From an uncultured Gammaproteobacteria bacterium (GTDB lineage Bacteria > Pseudomonadota > Gammaproteobacteria > JACCXJ01), in assembly GCA_963764725.1 (NCBI GenBank), contig CAVXTM010000002.1, positions 64,001-128,000 of the forward strand: 64,000 nucleotides of DNA. Reading direction: 5' to 3'. The first letter of the stretch is position 1. The number at the start of each line of letters is the position of its first letter. Positions 31,871-42,820 of this stretch are shown here, piece after piece. The translations under genes were made by a program, and so were the position numbers. The notes below the pieces were generated by a model, which was not told the DNA's origin, did no database searches, and saw only the letters and a list, made by a program, of their open reading frames with translations.

Positions 31871-33689
31871 TTGAGAATCGCACGAATAAACATCGAAAAC
31901 TTTCGAGGCATTTCCAACGGGGAGCTGCTTTTCAACGGCCACACCGTGCTTGTTGGGGACAACAACACTGGTAAATCCACCGTGTTGGAAGGGATTGACC
32001 TCGTGCTTGGGCCCGAACGGCTGGCCAGGCGGCCAGCGATCGATGAACACGACTTCTACGCTGGCCGTTATATCGATGCAGAAGGAAACCCGGTCCCGAT
32101 CAAGATTGAGGTGGTTGTCATTGACCTCACCGATGAGCAAGCGCGGTATTTCCGGGACCATTTGGAATGGTGGAATGAAGGTACAAAGAGCCTACTGGAT
32201 GGTCCACCGCCCGAAGGCACTGACCAGGCAGGCGTGTTTCCGGCTCTTCGGGTTGGCTTCACAGGCACGTACGACAAAGACGAAGATGACTTCACGGGTA
32301 CGACCTACTTCCTTTCTCCCACTCTAGAAAACGGAGGGCACGATCCGTTTCGTACTCCCGACAAGAGACTCTGCGGATTCTTGTTCTTACGGACTCTCCG
32401 CACGGGCTCGCGGGCGCTGAGTCTTGAGCGTGGTTCGCTGCTCGACATCATTCTCCGGTTGCAGGAAAAGCGGCTCCAGATGTGGGAGGAAGTACTTGAC
32501 CAACTCCGAAAGCTACCGGTTGCCGAGAAACCGGAACTTGGGATCAGTGACATCCTCTCGAAGGTACAGGAATCTGTAAGGTCGTTTGTGTCGTCTGACT
32601 GGGCGGATAACCCACACATGCGGGTATCCGACCTGACTCGTGAGAATCTGCGTCGAGCGCTCACCGTTTTCATGGGTACGGGGGCTAAGCGTGAGGACGG
32701 GTCGGACTACGCGGCACCGTTCCAGCACCAAGGTACTGGCACAATCAATATACTTGTTCTGGCCCTTCTTTCGCTGATCGCTGAATTGAAACAAAACGTG
32801 ATCTTCGCAATGGAGGAACCCGAGATTGCGATTCCTGCCGCACACCCAGAAACGAATCATCGACAGCGTGTGTAAGAAGTCTGCGCAGGCCCTATTTACC
32901 TCGCACTCACCCTACGTGCTGGAGGAGTTTAAACCCTCACAGGTTCTGGTTGTAAAACGCGAGGCCGGGGTGTTATCCGGCACGGCGGCGGATTATCCAC
33001 CGGCCGTAAAGCCGAAGGCATATCGCGTCGAGTTCCGAACTCGCTTTTGCGAAGCGCTTCTAGCCAGAAAGGTACTCATAACTGAGGGCCGGACGGAGTA
33101 TGACGCGCTCCCAGCGGCCGCGAGAAGATTGCACGAACTTGATCCTGACCGTTTCAAGACTCTTGAAGCACTTGGGCTTGCCTTGGTCAGCGCTAATACT
33201 GATTCGCAGATCGCACCACTTGGCGAGCATTTTAGCAAGCTCGGCAAAACCGTCCTTGCAGTGTTCGACAAACAGGAGCCTGCTCAGAAAACTGAGATAG
33301 AAACCAAGATTCCTTATACGTTCGAGGCTCCGGAAAAGGATTTCGAAGTTGTATTGTTGAAAGGTACCGCTGAGCCTGCATTGCGCCAATTCGCACTTGG
33401 ACTTGTTGCAGAAGGCGATTGGCCGCAGCACTTAGGCGGCAAGACTCCTACGATGGCGATGCCTGTTGACGAGTTGCGCGATGCGCTTAAGGACTACCTT
33501 GGGTGGGCGAAAGGGGCCGGAGGTGCCGCAGATCTACTGGGTGTGTGCTCGCTTGATGAGATGCCCGAGTTCATTATCAACACGCTTGAAGCGATACAGG
33601 CTATTGTTGAGCCAGTCCCGAGTGTCGAAACCGGCGACGGGCCAGGTGAGGAGCCGGTTGAGATTGCCGCTAAGCCGCCAACGGAATAG
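31871..33689 (+). CDS. gajA: OLD-family ABC-ATPase/TOPRIM nuclease, Gabija GajA-like (one frameshift near 32838)
   Basis: IENFRGI, GDNNTGKST, AMEEPE, TSHSP, TOPRIM ITEGRTE; followed by a UvrD-like gene. Confidence 0.8.
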
Positions 33690-33703
33690 AGGATAGAACT
33701 AGC

Positions 33704-35425
33704 ATGCCTGAGCTGACAGCAGAAAAGAAGAGGCTGCTTGTTACTGAAGGTCATATCCTGGCCTTGGGTGGGCCAGGCTCTGGTAAAACATACATTGCGC
33801 TGTTAAAAGCAGACCGCGAGATTCGAGCAGGTAAGCTCTTGCGTGGCCAACGCATTCTGTTTCTGAGCTTTGCGCGGGCAACGATCGCGCGGGTTGCCCA
33901 GCAAGCAGGAAAGTTGATCACCGGATCGGAGCGGGAGTCCCTGGAGATCAACACCTATCATGGGTTTGCATGGAATCTGTTGCGGAGTCATGGCTATCTC
34001 TTAAACAACAGAAATCCTATTCGTCTGCTTCCACCACCTGAAGCGGCGTCGCGCCTAGCAGAAGTGGATGGCGACGCTGCGCGAACAGCAGAGAAGCGAC
34101 GCTTGTTTCAGGATGAGGGGCTGCTGCACTTTGACCTCTTTGCCGACCTTTGTGCAAATCTGCTGTTGAAGAGTAAAGCCCTCGCTCGTATCGTCAGTGA
34201 TGCGTACTCGATCGTTATACTCGACGAGTTCCAAGACACGAACTCGGATGAGTGGCTAATGATTCAGGCGCTCGGCGCGCGGAGCCGGTTAATAGCGCTT
34301 GCCGATGCTGAGCAACGTATTTACGAGTTTCGAGGAGCAGACCCAAAGCGTATCGGTGAATTCATCGCTGCCTATGAACCGGCGCAATTCGACTTTGGAT
34401 CAGAGAACAACCGTAGCAACGGCACCGACATAACTGTTTTCGGGAACGACCTTCTCACGGAAGCGAACAAGGCCAAGAACTACAACGATGTCGTATTGAC
34501 CCGTTACGGCTTTTACGGCGGCAGAAGCGCCCACTATGCAATGAAGGGATCTCTGATCCAGGCCATTAATCGCCTGAAGTCAGGGCCGGGCGGCTGGTCT
34601 GTAGCCGTCTTGGTTCCAACAAAGCGCCTAATGCTTCAAGTCTCAGATTATCTGACGGATGAGGCGGATGCCTTGCCCTCGCTGAATCACGATGTTGCCC
34701 TCGATACCGAGGCGCCTGCTTTGGCAGCCGCCCTCATTGCGGGAGTGCTGGAGGGTGCTGCTATTCCTGCCGAGACCGCCCAGCGTTTAATCGTTGACCT
34801 TTGCACGCACATCCGAGGTCGGAAAGGTAACAATCCACCGAATCAGGCCGAGCTTGGACTTGCGGGAGCGCTTGGTGGCTATCTTCGGTCGGGAACGGTC
34901 AGGGGCAAGAAGCGGGAGCAGATCGTTCAGGAGACTATAAGAATCGCCGAGGAAAGGCATCGTCTCGATCTGTCCGGAGACCCTTGGGAAGACTGGCTCG
35001 CAGTCCGCCGATTGCTTGCCGGATCAGATGCTGATGTTCTCCGGCAGATCGCTGAGGACGCAAAGTACCTCCGGTTGTTGCACAAGGGCGCAGCGCTTCG
35101 TTCCCGACTTGGAGAGCTTTGGCGCACAACCGCTGGCTACCTTGGGGCCGCTTCCGCGGTGCGCGATGCGCTGCTTCAGGAACATTTCTCGACCTCGACA
35201 AAGGAATGGCGAGGCGTCCATGTGATGACCATCCATAAGTCCAAGGGCAAGGAGTTCGATGAAGTCATCGTGTACGAGGGCAGTCACCAAGGGCGAATCG
35301 TGGGCGCAAACGCATCAGAGCGAGATATTGCCCAAGCACGCTTGGCACTGCGAGTGGCAGTTACGCGGGCGATGAAACGCGCGACGATTCTGACGCCGAA
35401 AAATGATGTGTGCAGTTTTCTCTAG
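33704..35425 (+). CDS. gajB: UvrD-like helicase, Gabija GajB-like
   Basis: GGPGSGKT, LDEFQD, QRIYEFRGAD, MTIHKSKGKEFD, VAVTRA. Confidence 0.8.
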   Translation: MPELTAEKKRLLVTEGHILALGGPGSGKTYIALLKADREIRAGKLLRGQRILFLSFARATIARVAQQAGKLITGSERESLEINTYHGFAWNLLRSHGYLLNNRNPIRLLPPPEAASRLAEVDGDAARTAEKRRLFQDEGLLHFDLFADLCANLLLKSKALARIVSDAYSIVILDEFQDTNSDEWLMIQALGARSRLIALADAEQRIYEFRGADPKRIGEFIAAYEPAQFDFGSENNRSNGTDITVFGNDLLTEANKAKNYNDVVLTRYGFYGGRSAHYAMKGSLIQAINRLKSGPGGWSVAVLVPTKRLMLQVSDYLTDEADALPSLNHDVALDTEAPALAAALIAGVLEGAAIPAETAQRLIVDLCTHIRGRKGNNPPNQAELGLAGALGGYLRSGTVRGKKREQIVQETIRIAEERHRLDLSGDPWEDWLAVRRLLAGSDADVLRQIAEDAKYLRLLHKGAALRSRLGELWRTTAGYLGAASAVRDALLQEHFSTSTKEWRGVHVMTIHKSKGKEFDEVIVYEGSHQGRIVGANASERDIAQARLALRVAVTRAMKRATILTPKNDVCSFL

Positions 35426-35452
35426 TCGATGTCGAACTGACAAGATGAAACA

Positions 35453-35563
35453 ATGAATCGTCCCACCAGGCACAAAACTGTCCAATCCGGCATCCTCGCC
35501 TACGCGTAGGAAATCGGGTGGCGGTTTGTGCCACGCGCCGAGGCGGAGAAGCGATGCAGATTT
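35453..35563 (+). pseudogene. Orphan second copy of the hsdR 5' end
   Basis: MNRPTRHKTVQSGILAYA*EIGWRFVPRAEAEKR, homologous to 36874-36985. Confidence 0.85.
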
Positions 35564-35642
35564 CCCCCTCACCCCGACCCTCCCGGAAGGGGAGCGGGGG
35601 AATACTGAGCGCGCCCGGACAAAGCTGGCTGACAACTGCGGA

Positions 35643-35833
35643 TACCCAAAATGGGTAGCATCAACCCCAAACTGGGCATGACAATTCAGTGTGACCTCTC
35701 GGGGATCCGAGGGACGTAGAAATCGTTACGCGCCACTTAAATTGACGCAAACGAGCGAATCGCGCCACGGGGCGAGTAGGGCGGCGAGCTTGATCATACC
35801 CAAATACGGGGTTTAACATACCCAGTATGGGTA
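35643..35833. promoter_or_regulatory. Repeated palindromic operators TACCCA-N3-TGGGTA upstream of the HTH-MNT gene
   Basis: Perfect copies at 35643-35657 and 35819-35833 (over the ATG); degenerate copies at about 35665 and 35797. Confidence 0.6.
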
Positions 35834-36456
35834 CAACGAAACGGCCAGCCAAAACCCTCCCGTCTCCGGTTTCCGGGATTGCCGACGCGCTGTTCAGCAA
35901 GGTGCAGCAGCGCGTGCTGGCTATGCTGTTCGGGAATCCGGGCCGGAGTTTTTACGCGAATGAGGTGATTGCCCTCGCGGGTTCCGGCACGGGCGCGGTG
36001 CAGCGGGAGTTGGCCCGCCTTGAGGCGGCGGGCTTGGTGACGGTCACGCGCGTGGGCAATCAGAAACACTATCAGGCCAATGCGGCGGCGCCGGTGTTCG
36101 AGGAGTTGCGCGGCTTGGTGCTGAAGACCTCCGGTCTTGCCGATGTGTTGCGCGGCGCGTTGGCGCCGCTGTCGGCGCAGATCAGCGCCGCGTTCGTCTA
36201 TGGTTCGGTGGCCAAAAGGCAGGACACGGCTAAGAGCGATATTGATCTGATGGTGGTGAGCGACAGCTTGTCTTATGCGGATTTGTTCGCCGCTCTGGAG
36301 GAGGCAACGAACCGGCTCGGGCGGCCCGTGAATCCAACGGTGTATTCCCGGCAGGAACTCGACAAGCGTATTCGGGCGGACAACGCATTCATCAAGCGGG
36401 TCTTGGCGCAGCCAAAGTTATGGGTGATCGGGGAGGAACTTGGCCTCACCGCTTGA
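35827..36456 (+). CDS. HTH + minimal nucleotidyltransferase (MNT) antitoxin
   Basis: wHTH (GAVQRELARLE), YGSVAK, SDIDL. Confidence 0.88.
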   Translation: MGTTKRPAKTLPSPVSGIADALFSKVQQRVLAMLFGNPGRSFYANEVIALAGSGTGAVQRELARLEAAGLVTVTRVGNQKHYQANAAAPVFEELRGLVLKTSGLADVLRGALAPLSAQISAAFVYGSVAKRQDTAKSDIDLMVVSDSLSYADLFAALEEATNRLGRPVNPTVYSRQELDKRIRADNAFIKRVLAQPKLWVIGEELGLTA

Positions 36457-36862
36457 AAACCTGAGCGGACCCGGCAAGTCGCTTCAAAAAGAACCGCCGG
36501 ATGCAAAAGAGTTCGCCGGTCTGAAGCGTTCCGGTTTGGCGCGCTTGTCCGATGCTGCCAATACCACCAATTCGTTGGAGGGTCGTTTCGATCTCGCCTA
36601 CAATGCGGCGCATGCCTTGTGCCTGGCTGCATTGCGCTGGCACGGTTACCGACCGGCTAACCGATATATCGTATATCAGGTGTTGCCACACACGCTCGGC
36701 CTGGGGCCTGCGGTATGGGGCGTGCTCTCCAAGTGCCACGACGTGAGGAATCTCGGCGAATACGAGGGCGATCTGAATGTCAACGAGCGGCTCCTCGCGG
36801 ACCTGGTCGAAGCGTGCAAAGCGGTAGCCGCCGCGCTCGACAAGCTGCCGCTGCCCACCTGA
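36440..36862 (+). CDS. HEPN-like toxin partner
   Basis: RFDLAYNAAHA, H..RNLGEYEG; overlaps the MNT gene. Confidence 0.75.
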   Translation: MASPLENLSGPGKSLQKEPPDAKEFAGLKRSGLARLSDAANTTNSLEGRFDLAYNAAHALCLAALRWHGYRPANRYIVYQVLPHTLGLGPAVWGVLSKCHDVRNLGEYEGDLNVNERLLADLVEACKAVAAALDKLPLPT

Positions 36863-36873
36863 TGAGGGAAGGC

Positions 36874-39847
36874 GTGGCCGCTCCCGGCGAGCACAAGACC
36901 GTCCAGGCCCGCATCCTGCCTACGCGCAGGAGATCGGCTGGACGCTACGTGCCGCGCGCCGAGGCCGAGACGCGGCGCGGGTTCGATCTCCGAAGGCGAC
37001 GCACGCCGAGGAGCGCGCGCGGAGGCGTCGCTCTTACTTCGACGACCTGCTGGACGCGCAGGTGCTGCGCCTTCAACCCGAAGTACAAAGAAGCCGAGGG
37101 CGCGCTGGTCGGCGAGTTCCAGCGGCTTCAACGCGGACATCGCCGGCAATCGCGATTTCCTCGCCTACCTCCGCAACCAGGGCAAGTTCTTCTACGCCGA
37201 GGAGAACCGCGAGCTGAACCTTCGCTGATCGACTACGGCGACCTGACCCGCCCGCGCGGCGAATGGCGCAACGTCTACGAGGTGACCGAGGAGTTCTACT
37301 GTCCACAACGGCCAGCTACGGCACGCGCGAGGACGTCGTCTTCCTCATCAACGGCATCCCGGTGCTGGTGATCGAGTGCAAGAACGCGACCAAGGACGAG
37401 GCGATCGCGCTCGGCGTCGATCAGATCCGCCGCTACCACGCCGAGACGCCGGAGGTGTTGGTGCCGCAGATGCTCTTCACCGCCACCGAGGCGATCGGCT
37501 TCTGCCTACGGCGTCACGTGGAACCTGATCCGCCGGAACATCTTCAACTGGAAGCACGAGCAGAAGCGGCAACCTCGAAGCGAAGGTCAAGAGCTTCTGC
37601 GCCGTTCCGCACGTGCTGCGGCTTCTGAAGGACTTCATCCTCTTCGCGGAGAAGGACGAGGAGCTGCAGAAGTTCATCCTCCGCCAGCACCAGACGACGG
37701 CCGTGGACAAGGTGGTCGAGCGCGCGCTCTCGATCCGCAACGCTCGCGCGGCCTGGTCTGGCACACGCAGGGCAGCGGCAAGACGTTCACGATGATCAAG
37801 GCCGCCGAGCTGCTGTTCAAGGCCACCGAGGCGGAGAAGCCGACCGTCCTGCTGCTGATCGACCGCAACGAGCTGGAAGACCAGATGCTGAAGAACCTGG
37901 CGGCGCTCGGCCTGGGCAACGTCGCGCACGCCAACCAGCATCGCCGCGCTCGAACAAGCTGCTCGACGAGAAGGGCAGGACTACCGCGGCATCGTCGTCA
38001 CGACGATCCACAAGTTCCGCGACATGCCGGCGAACCTCAACACGCGGCACGAACATCTTCGTGCTGATCGACGAGGCCCACCGCACGACCGGCGGCGACC
38101 TCGGCAACTACCTGATGGCCGGCTTGCCGAACGCCGAGCTTCATCGGCTTCACCGGCACGCCGGTGGACAAGACGGCCTACGGCAAGGGCACGTTCAAGA
38201 CCTTCGGCAGCGAGGACGACCAGGGCTACCTGCACAAGTACTCGATCGCGCGAGAGCATCGAGGACGGCACGACGCTGCCGCTCTACTACAACCTCGCGC
38301 CGAACGAGATGCTCGTGCCGCACGAGCTGATGGAGAAGGAATTCCTCGTCGCTCGCCGAGACCGAGGGCATCACCGACATCGAGGAGCTGAACAAGATCC
38401 TCGACCGCGCGGTGAACCTGAAGAACTTCCTCAAGGGCAAGGAGCGCGTCGACGAAGGTCGCGCGGTACGTCGCCGAGCACTACCGCCAGAACGTCGAGC
38501 CGCTGGGCTACAAGGCGTTCCTGGTCGGCGTGGACCGCGAGGCCTGCGCCCTCTACAAGGAGGCGCTCGACCAGATCCTGCCGCCGGAGTACTCGGAGGT
38601 CGTCTACACCGGCAACAACAACGACCCCGCGCACCTGAAGAAGTGCCACCTCGACGAGAAGAAGGAGAAGCAGATCCGCAAGGACTTCGCCAAGGCCGGC
38701 GAGCTCCCGAAGATCCTGATCGTCACCGAGAAGCTGCTGACCGGCTTCGACGCGCCGGTCCTGTACGCGATGTATCTCGACAAGCCGATGCGCGACCACA
38801 CGCTGCTCCAGGCGATCGCGCGGGTGAACCGGCCCTACGAGAACGAGGCGCGAAGAGATGGTGAAGCCGCACGGCTTCGTGCTCGATTTCGTCGGCATCT
38901 TCGACAAGCTGGAAAAGGCGCTGGCCTTCGACAGCGACGAGATCAACGCCATCGTCAAGGACCTCGGGCTGCTGAAGGAGCTGTTCAAGACCAAGATGGA
39001 GACGCAAGGCGCCGGCACTATCTGGCGCTCGTCACGCACGGCTTCAACGACAAGGACGTGGACAACCTGATCGAGCACTTCCGCGACAAGGAGCGGCGCA
39101 AGGAGTTCTTCAAGGAGTACAAGGAACTCGAGATGCTCTACGAGATCATCTCGCCGGATGCCTTCCTGCGGCCGTTCATCGACGACTACACGACCCTTTC
39201 CGCGATCTACGCCGTGGTGCGCAAGGCGTACACGAAGAAGGTCTACGTCGACAAGGCGTTCCAGACGGAAGACCAACGAGCTGGTGCAGAAGCACATCGG
39301 AACCATGCTCGCTCAGCTATCCGTGGACTATCGTCGCCATCGACAATGCGACGATCGAGCCGATCAAGAAACGACGCGACGGCGACGCGACGAAGGTCAT
39401 CAATCTCATCAAGAGCATCGAGAAGACGGCGGAAGAGAACAGCGACGATCCGTTCCTGATCGCCATGGCGGAGCGAGCCAGGGCGGTCCAGGAGAGCTTC
39501 GAGGACCGGCAGACGGCAACCGCAGAGGCGCTGGCCGAGCTGCTTACGGAAATCGAGAGGAACGAGCAGCGCAAGAAGGAGCAGGCCGCGAAGGGGCTCG
39601 ATGCCATGACCTACTTCGTCCTGTGCAAGCTCACCGACGACGGCATCCCGAACCCTGAGATCGCCAGCCAGCAAGGTAGCCGCGGCGTTCGCCAAACACC
39701 CGAACTGGCGGCGCAGCGAGGCTGAGCTGCGCGAGGTGCGCAAGCAGGTGACTTTCGCGCTCATCGCCGAGGAGGATGACCTCGACAAAGGTGACAGCAA
39801 CGGTCGAAGCCTTGTTCACTCTTCTCCAGAAGAGCTTCCGGCGATGA
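36874..39847 (+). CDS. hsdR: Type I R-M endonuclease HsdR (heavily frameshifted as assembled)
   Basis: Pieces across frames: [56 protein letters not shown]. Confidence 0.88.
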
Positions 39848-40186
39848 GTGCCTGGCGCGACAAGGAAGAGTTCAAAGCCCGCGTGCTCGAGTGGGCCGAC
39901 AAGCTCGACGTGCAGTGTACGTTCGCTGACCGTCCGCCCGATGCGCAACAAATGGGCCTCTTGCTCCACCGCCGGGAACTTGAACTTCAACGCGGAGCTG
40001 TTAGCCTTGGACCGCGAAATCGGTGACTACGTCATCGTCCACGAGCTGCTGCACTTCTTCGTACCGAACCACGGCAAGCTGTGGAAAAGCCTGATGCACG
40101 CCCATCTGGGGGACTTTAAAGGGCTCGAAGACAAGCTGAAACAATCGGCGGGACCTGGCGCAAGTAGCGTACCCGTTGCCCGCTAG
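39844..40186 (+). CDS. Short M48/YgjP-like (DUF45) metallopeptidase-fold protein (frameshift near 39915)
   Basis: MRNKWASCS, YVIVHELLH..PNH; usual hsdR neighbour. Confidence 0.8.
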
Positions 40187-40309
40187 AAGCAGAAGAGAAC
40201 GCGATCAACGGGAACCCAAATCGCATTGCTCACGGAGATTCTTGATAAGATAAGTCATTACGCAGGAGCATTAGGAGGGATTAGTCTTGGATTGTAGGAC
40301 CGGAGGCGG

Positions 40310-41386
40310 ATGGTGACTCGCGAGCGGCATGGCATGAAAGGTAGAGGCGCAAAGACAAACACGCCTATTCGGTTCTTCACGGAGACCCGCGAAGCTGTCG
40401 ATGACGGATGGACGGGCGACGATGCGGTCCCTCCGCCATTGCAGACCATCGTGACCGAAGAGCAGGCCCGCTCGATCATCTCATATAACCAATCTCCGGA
40501 CCTACCGTTCGAGCGTTCGATCAATCCTTATCGCGGCTGCGAACATGGCTGCATCTACTGTTACGCGCGGCCGACGCATGCTTATCTCGATCTCTCGCCG
40601 GGGCTCGACTTCGAGAGCCGCTTGTTCGCAAAACCGAATGCCGCGGCGCTGTTGAGAAAGGAAATTGCCAAGCCCGGCTATGTGTGCCGCCAGATCGCGC
40701 TTGGCACCAACACCGATCCCTATCAGCCGATCGAACGCAGCTTCGGGATCACCCGGCAGATCATCGAGGTTTTGTGGGACTGCCGCCATCCCCTGAGCAT
40801 CGTGACCAAGTCGTCGTTGGTCGAGCGCGATCTCGACCTGCTCGCCCCGATGGCGCGCGAGAACCTGGTCGAGGCGTACGTTTCGATCACGACCTTGGAT
40901 CGGGCCTTGGCGCGCCGCATGGAACCGCGCGCTACCGCACCGCAACGGCGCCTGGATACCGTCAAGCGCTTGAGCGCCGCCGGGATCCCGGCAGGGGTGC
41001 TGTTTGCCCCGGTGATCCCGGCGCTGAACGATGCGGAAATGGAATCGATACTCGAAGCGGCCTCGAACGCCGGTGCGCGCTATGCCGGTTACGTCTTATT
41101 GCGTTTGCCGCATGAGGTTAAGCAGTTGTTCGAGGAGTGGCTGCAGGTCCACGAACCGCTGAAGGCCGCGCGTATCATGAACCGCGTACGCGATATGCGC
41201 GGCGGTCAGGATAACGATCCCCATTTCGGCACGCGCATGCGAGGCACCGGGATTTTCGCTGAAGTCATTCGCAACCGTTTCGACCTCGCCTGCAAGCGCC
41301 ACAGGCTCACGCGTTCGGCGCGCGCATTGGACACCTCGAAATTCAAACCCCCGGGCGTGCCCGGCCGGCAACTCGCCCTGTTTTGA
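40310..41386 (+). CDS. PA0069-family radical SAM protein
   Basis: NPYRGCEHGCIYCYAR, GTNTDPYQP. Confidence 0.92.
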   Translation: MVTRERHGMKGRGAKTNTPIRFFTETREAVDDGWTGDDAVPPPLQTIVTEEQARSIISYNQSPDLPFERSINPYRGCEHGCIYCYARPTHAYLDLSPGLDFESRLFAKPNAAALLRKEIAKPGYVCRQIALGTNTDPYQPIERSFGITRQIIEVLWDCRHPLSIVTKSSLVERDLDLLAPMARENLVEAYVSITTLDRALARRMEPRATAPQRRLDTVKRLSAAGIPAGVLFAPVIPALNDAEMESILEAASNAGARYAGYVLLRLPHEVKQLFEEWLQVHEPLKAARIMNRVRDMRGGQDNDPHFGTRMRGTGIFAEVIRNRFDLACKRHRLTRSARALDTSKFKPPGVPGRQLALF

Positions 41387-41387
41387 T

Positions 41388-42815
41388 TCATCGCCAGCTC
41401 ATACGCCTGCGCAGAAGCTCCTCGACAGTTGAACAGAGGGTATTAACATCCAGGATAACGCCGAATATGCTACGAAAGATCGGGCAAAGCAGAATCAAGA
41501 CCTTCTTCTCAGCCATCGTGCGCATTGCAAACACGGCTGCGTTGATCTCGATGAGCAGAAGGATCAGGTACCAGGGAACGAGCGTTCCGACTTCGCCGAC
41601 AATGATCAGCAAGCCAGCAAACATCACGATACCGTAAATATTCACGAGAGGCCATAGGATATTCTCGATGATAAATATGCCGAGCCATAGCGGGAATGCT
41701 CGGGGAGGATGCGGTAACACGTGCCAGCGCTTCCAGTTCTTCCGGAGTGCCTGGATGTTGCCACGAGTCCAGCGGTAGCGCTGGCTTAGGAGCGGTACGA
41801 GAAAGGCCGGAGAGGTGGTGAAGGAGAGCGCCGCCGGTTCGAAGATGACGCGCTTCCCAAGGAGGAGCGTGTTCAGCGTGACGTCACAATCTTCGGCATA
41901 GGTGTCGTGTTCCCAGGGGCCCGTTACGTATCTCGAACTCTGTCTACCGCCCGGCGCCTCATTGCCCCACTTTCTCCAAATCTCGCTCAGGACGGTCCGG
42001 TGGAACATGGCGACTGGACCCGGTGCTATCAAAACATGCCCGAAGTTGCTCTGGGCCAGGCGGGGCATACCGTTCATAAGGGCATATTCGAGCGCCTGCA
42101 ATCGCGTTACTAGCGAACCGCGGTTACGTACCCGCACTTGCCCGGCGACTGCACCGACGTCCGGGTCCTGAAACGCAACGACGAGTTGCCTTACGGCGTT
42201 GCGATCGAGCCGCGAATCGGCGTCTACGCACATCACCAACGTTCCATTCGATTCCCTAAACCCGAGGTTAAGCGCCGAACTCTTGCCGCCGTTCGGTTTG
42301 CGCAGAACCCTGACATGCACCCCGCCATGCTGCCCAACGTAGCGAGATGCCACGGCGAACGTGTCGTCTGTCGAACCGTCGTCCACCACGATGACCTCGA
42401 GGTAAGGATACTTTACGCAAAGGATCGACTCGATGGTGCTCGCGATGCGCTCGGCTTCGTTGAATGCGGGCAACAAGATGGATACCAGTTGCCAGTCTCT
42501 CGGCTGCTCACGCGGGCGAACCGTATGCGACCATCCAAAGTACGCACAAACCATGATTACGAGGTAGCGCGTTGCTGCTACCCAACAAAAGATCAGGAAG
42601 GAGGTCGCGAAGGTCACCGCGAAGGCGAACGCAAAGCCGGAAAGTCCAGCAATCGCCGACTGCAGCTTGCCGAAGTAGTAGAGCTGCGCGACCCCTAATA
42701 CGATGGTTGCCACGAAACCGACAGCCACATTACCGGCGGCGGAACTCTGAGCGGCGCCAGCTTCTACGGTTCTTACACTGACGAGACGCATCGGTGCCCT
42801 GCTACTGCATAGCAA
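41388..42815 (-). CDS. Processive GT2 synthase (PgaC/IcaA/NodC-like)
   Basis: DDGS, DADS, AEDCD, QRYRW; TM helices at both ends. Confidence 0.88.
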   Translation of the reverse strand: MLCSSRAPMRLVSVRTVEAGAAQSSAAGNVAVGFVATIVLGVAQLYYFGKLQSAIAGLSGFAFAFAVTFATSFLIFCWVAATRYLVIMVCAYFGWSHTVRPREQPRDWQLVSILLPAFNEAERIASTIESILCVKYPYLEVIVVDDGSTDDTFAVASRYVGQHGGVHVRVLRKPNGGKSSALNLGFRESNGTLVMCVDADSRLDRNAVRQLVVAFQDPDVGAVAGQVRVRNRGSLVTRLQALEYALMNGMPRLAQSNFGHVLIAPGPVAMFHRTVLSEIWRKWGNEAPGGRQSSRYVTGPWEHDTYAEDCDVTLNTLLLGKRVIFEPAALSFTTSPAFLVPLLSQRYRWTRGNIQALRKNWKRWHVLPHPPRAFPLWLGIFIIENILWPLVNIYGIVMFAGLLIIVGEVGTLVPWYLILLLIEINAAVFAMRTMAEKKVLILLCPIFRSIFGVILDVNTLCSTVEELLRRRMSWR

Positions 42816-42820
42816 CCGCC

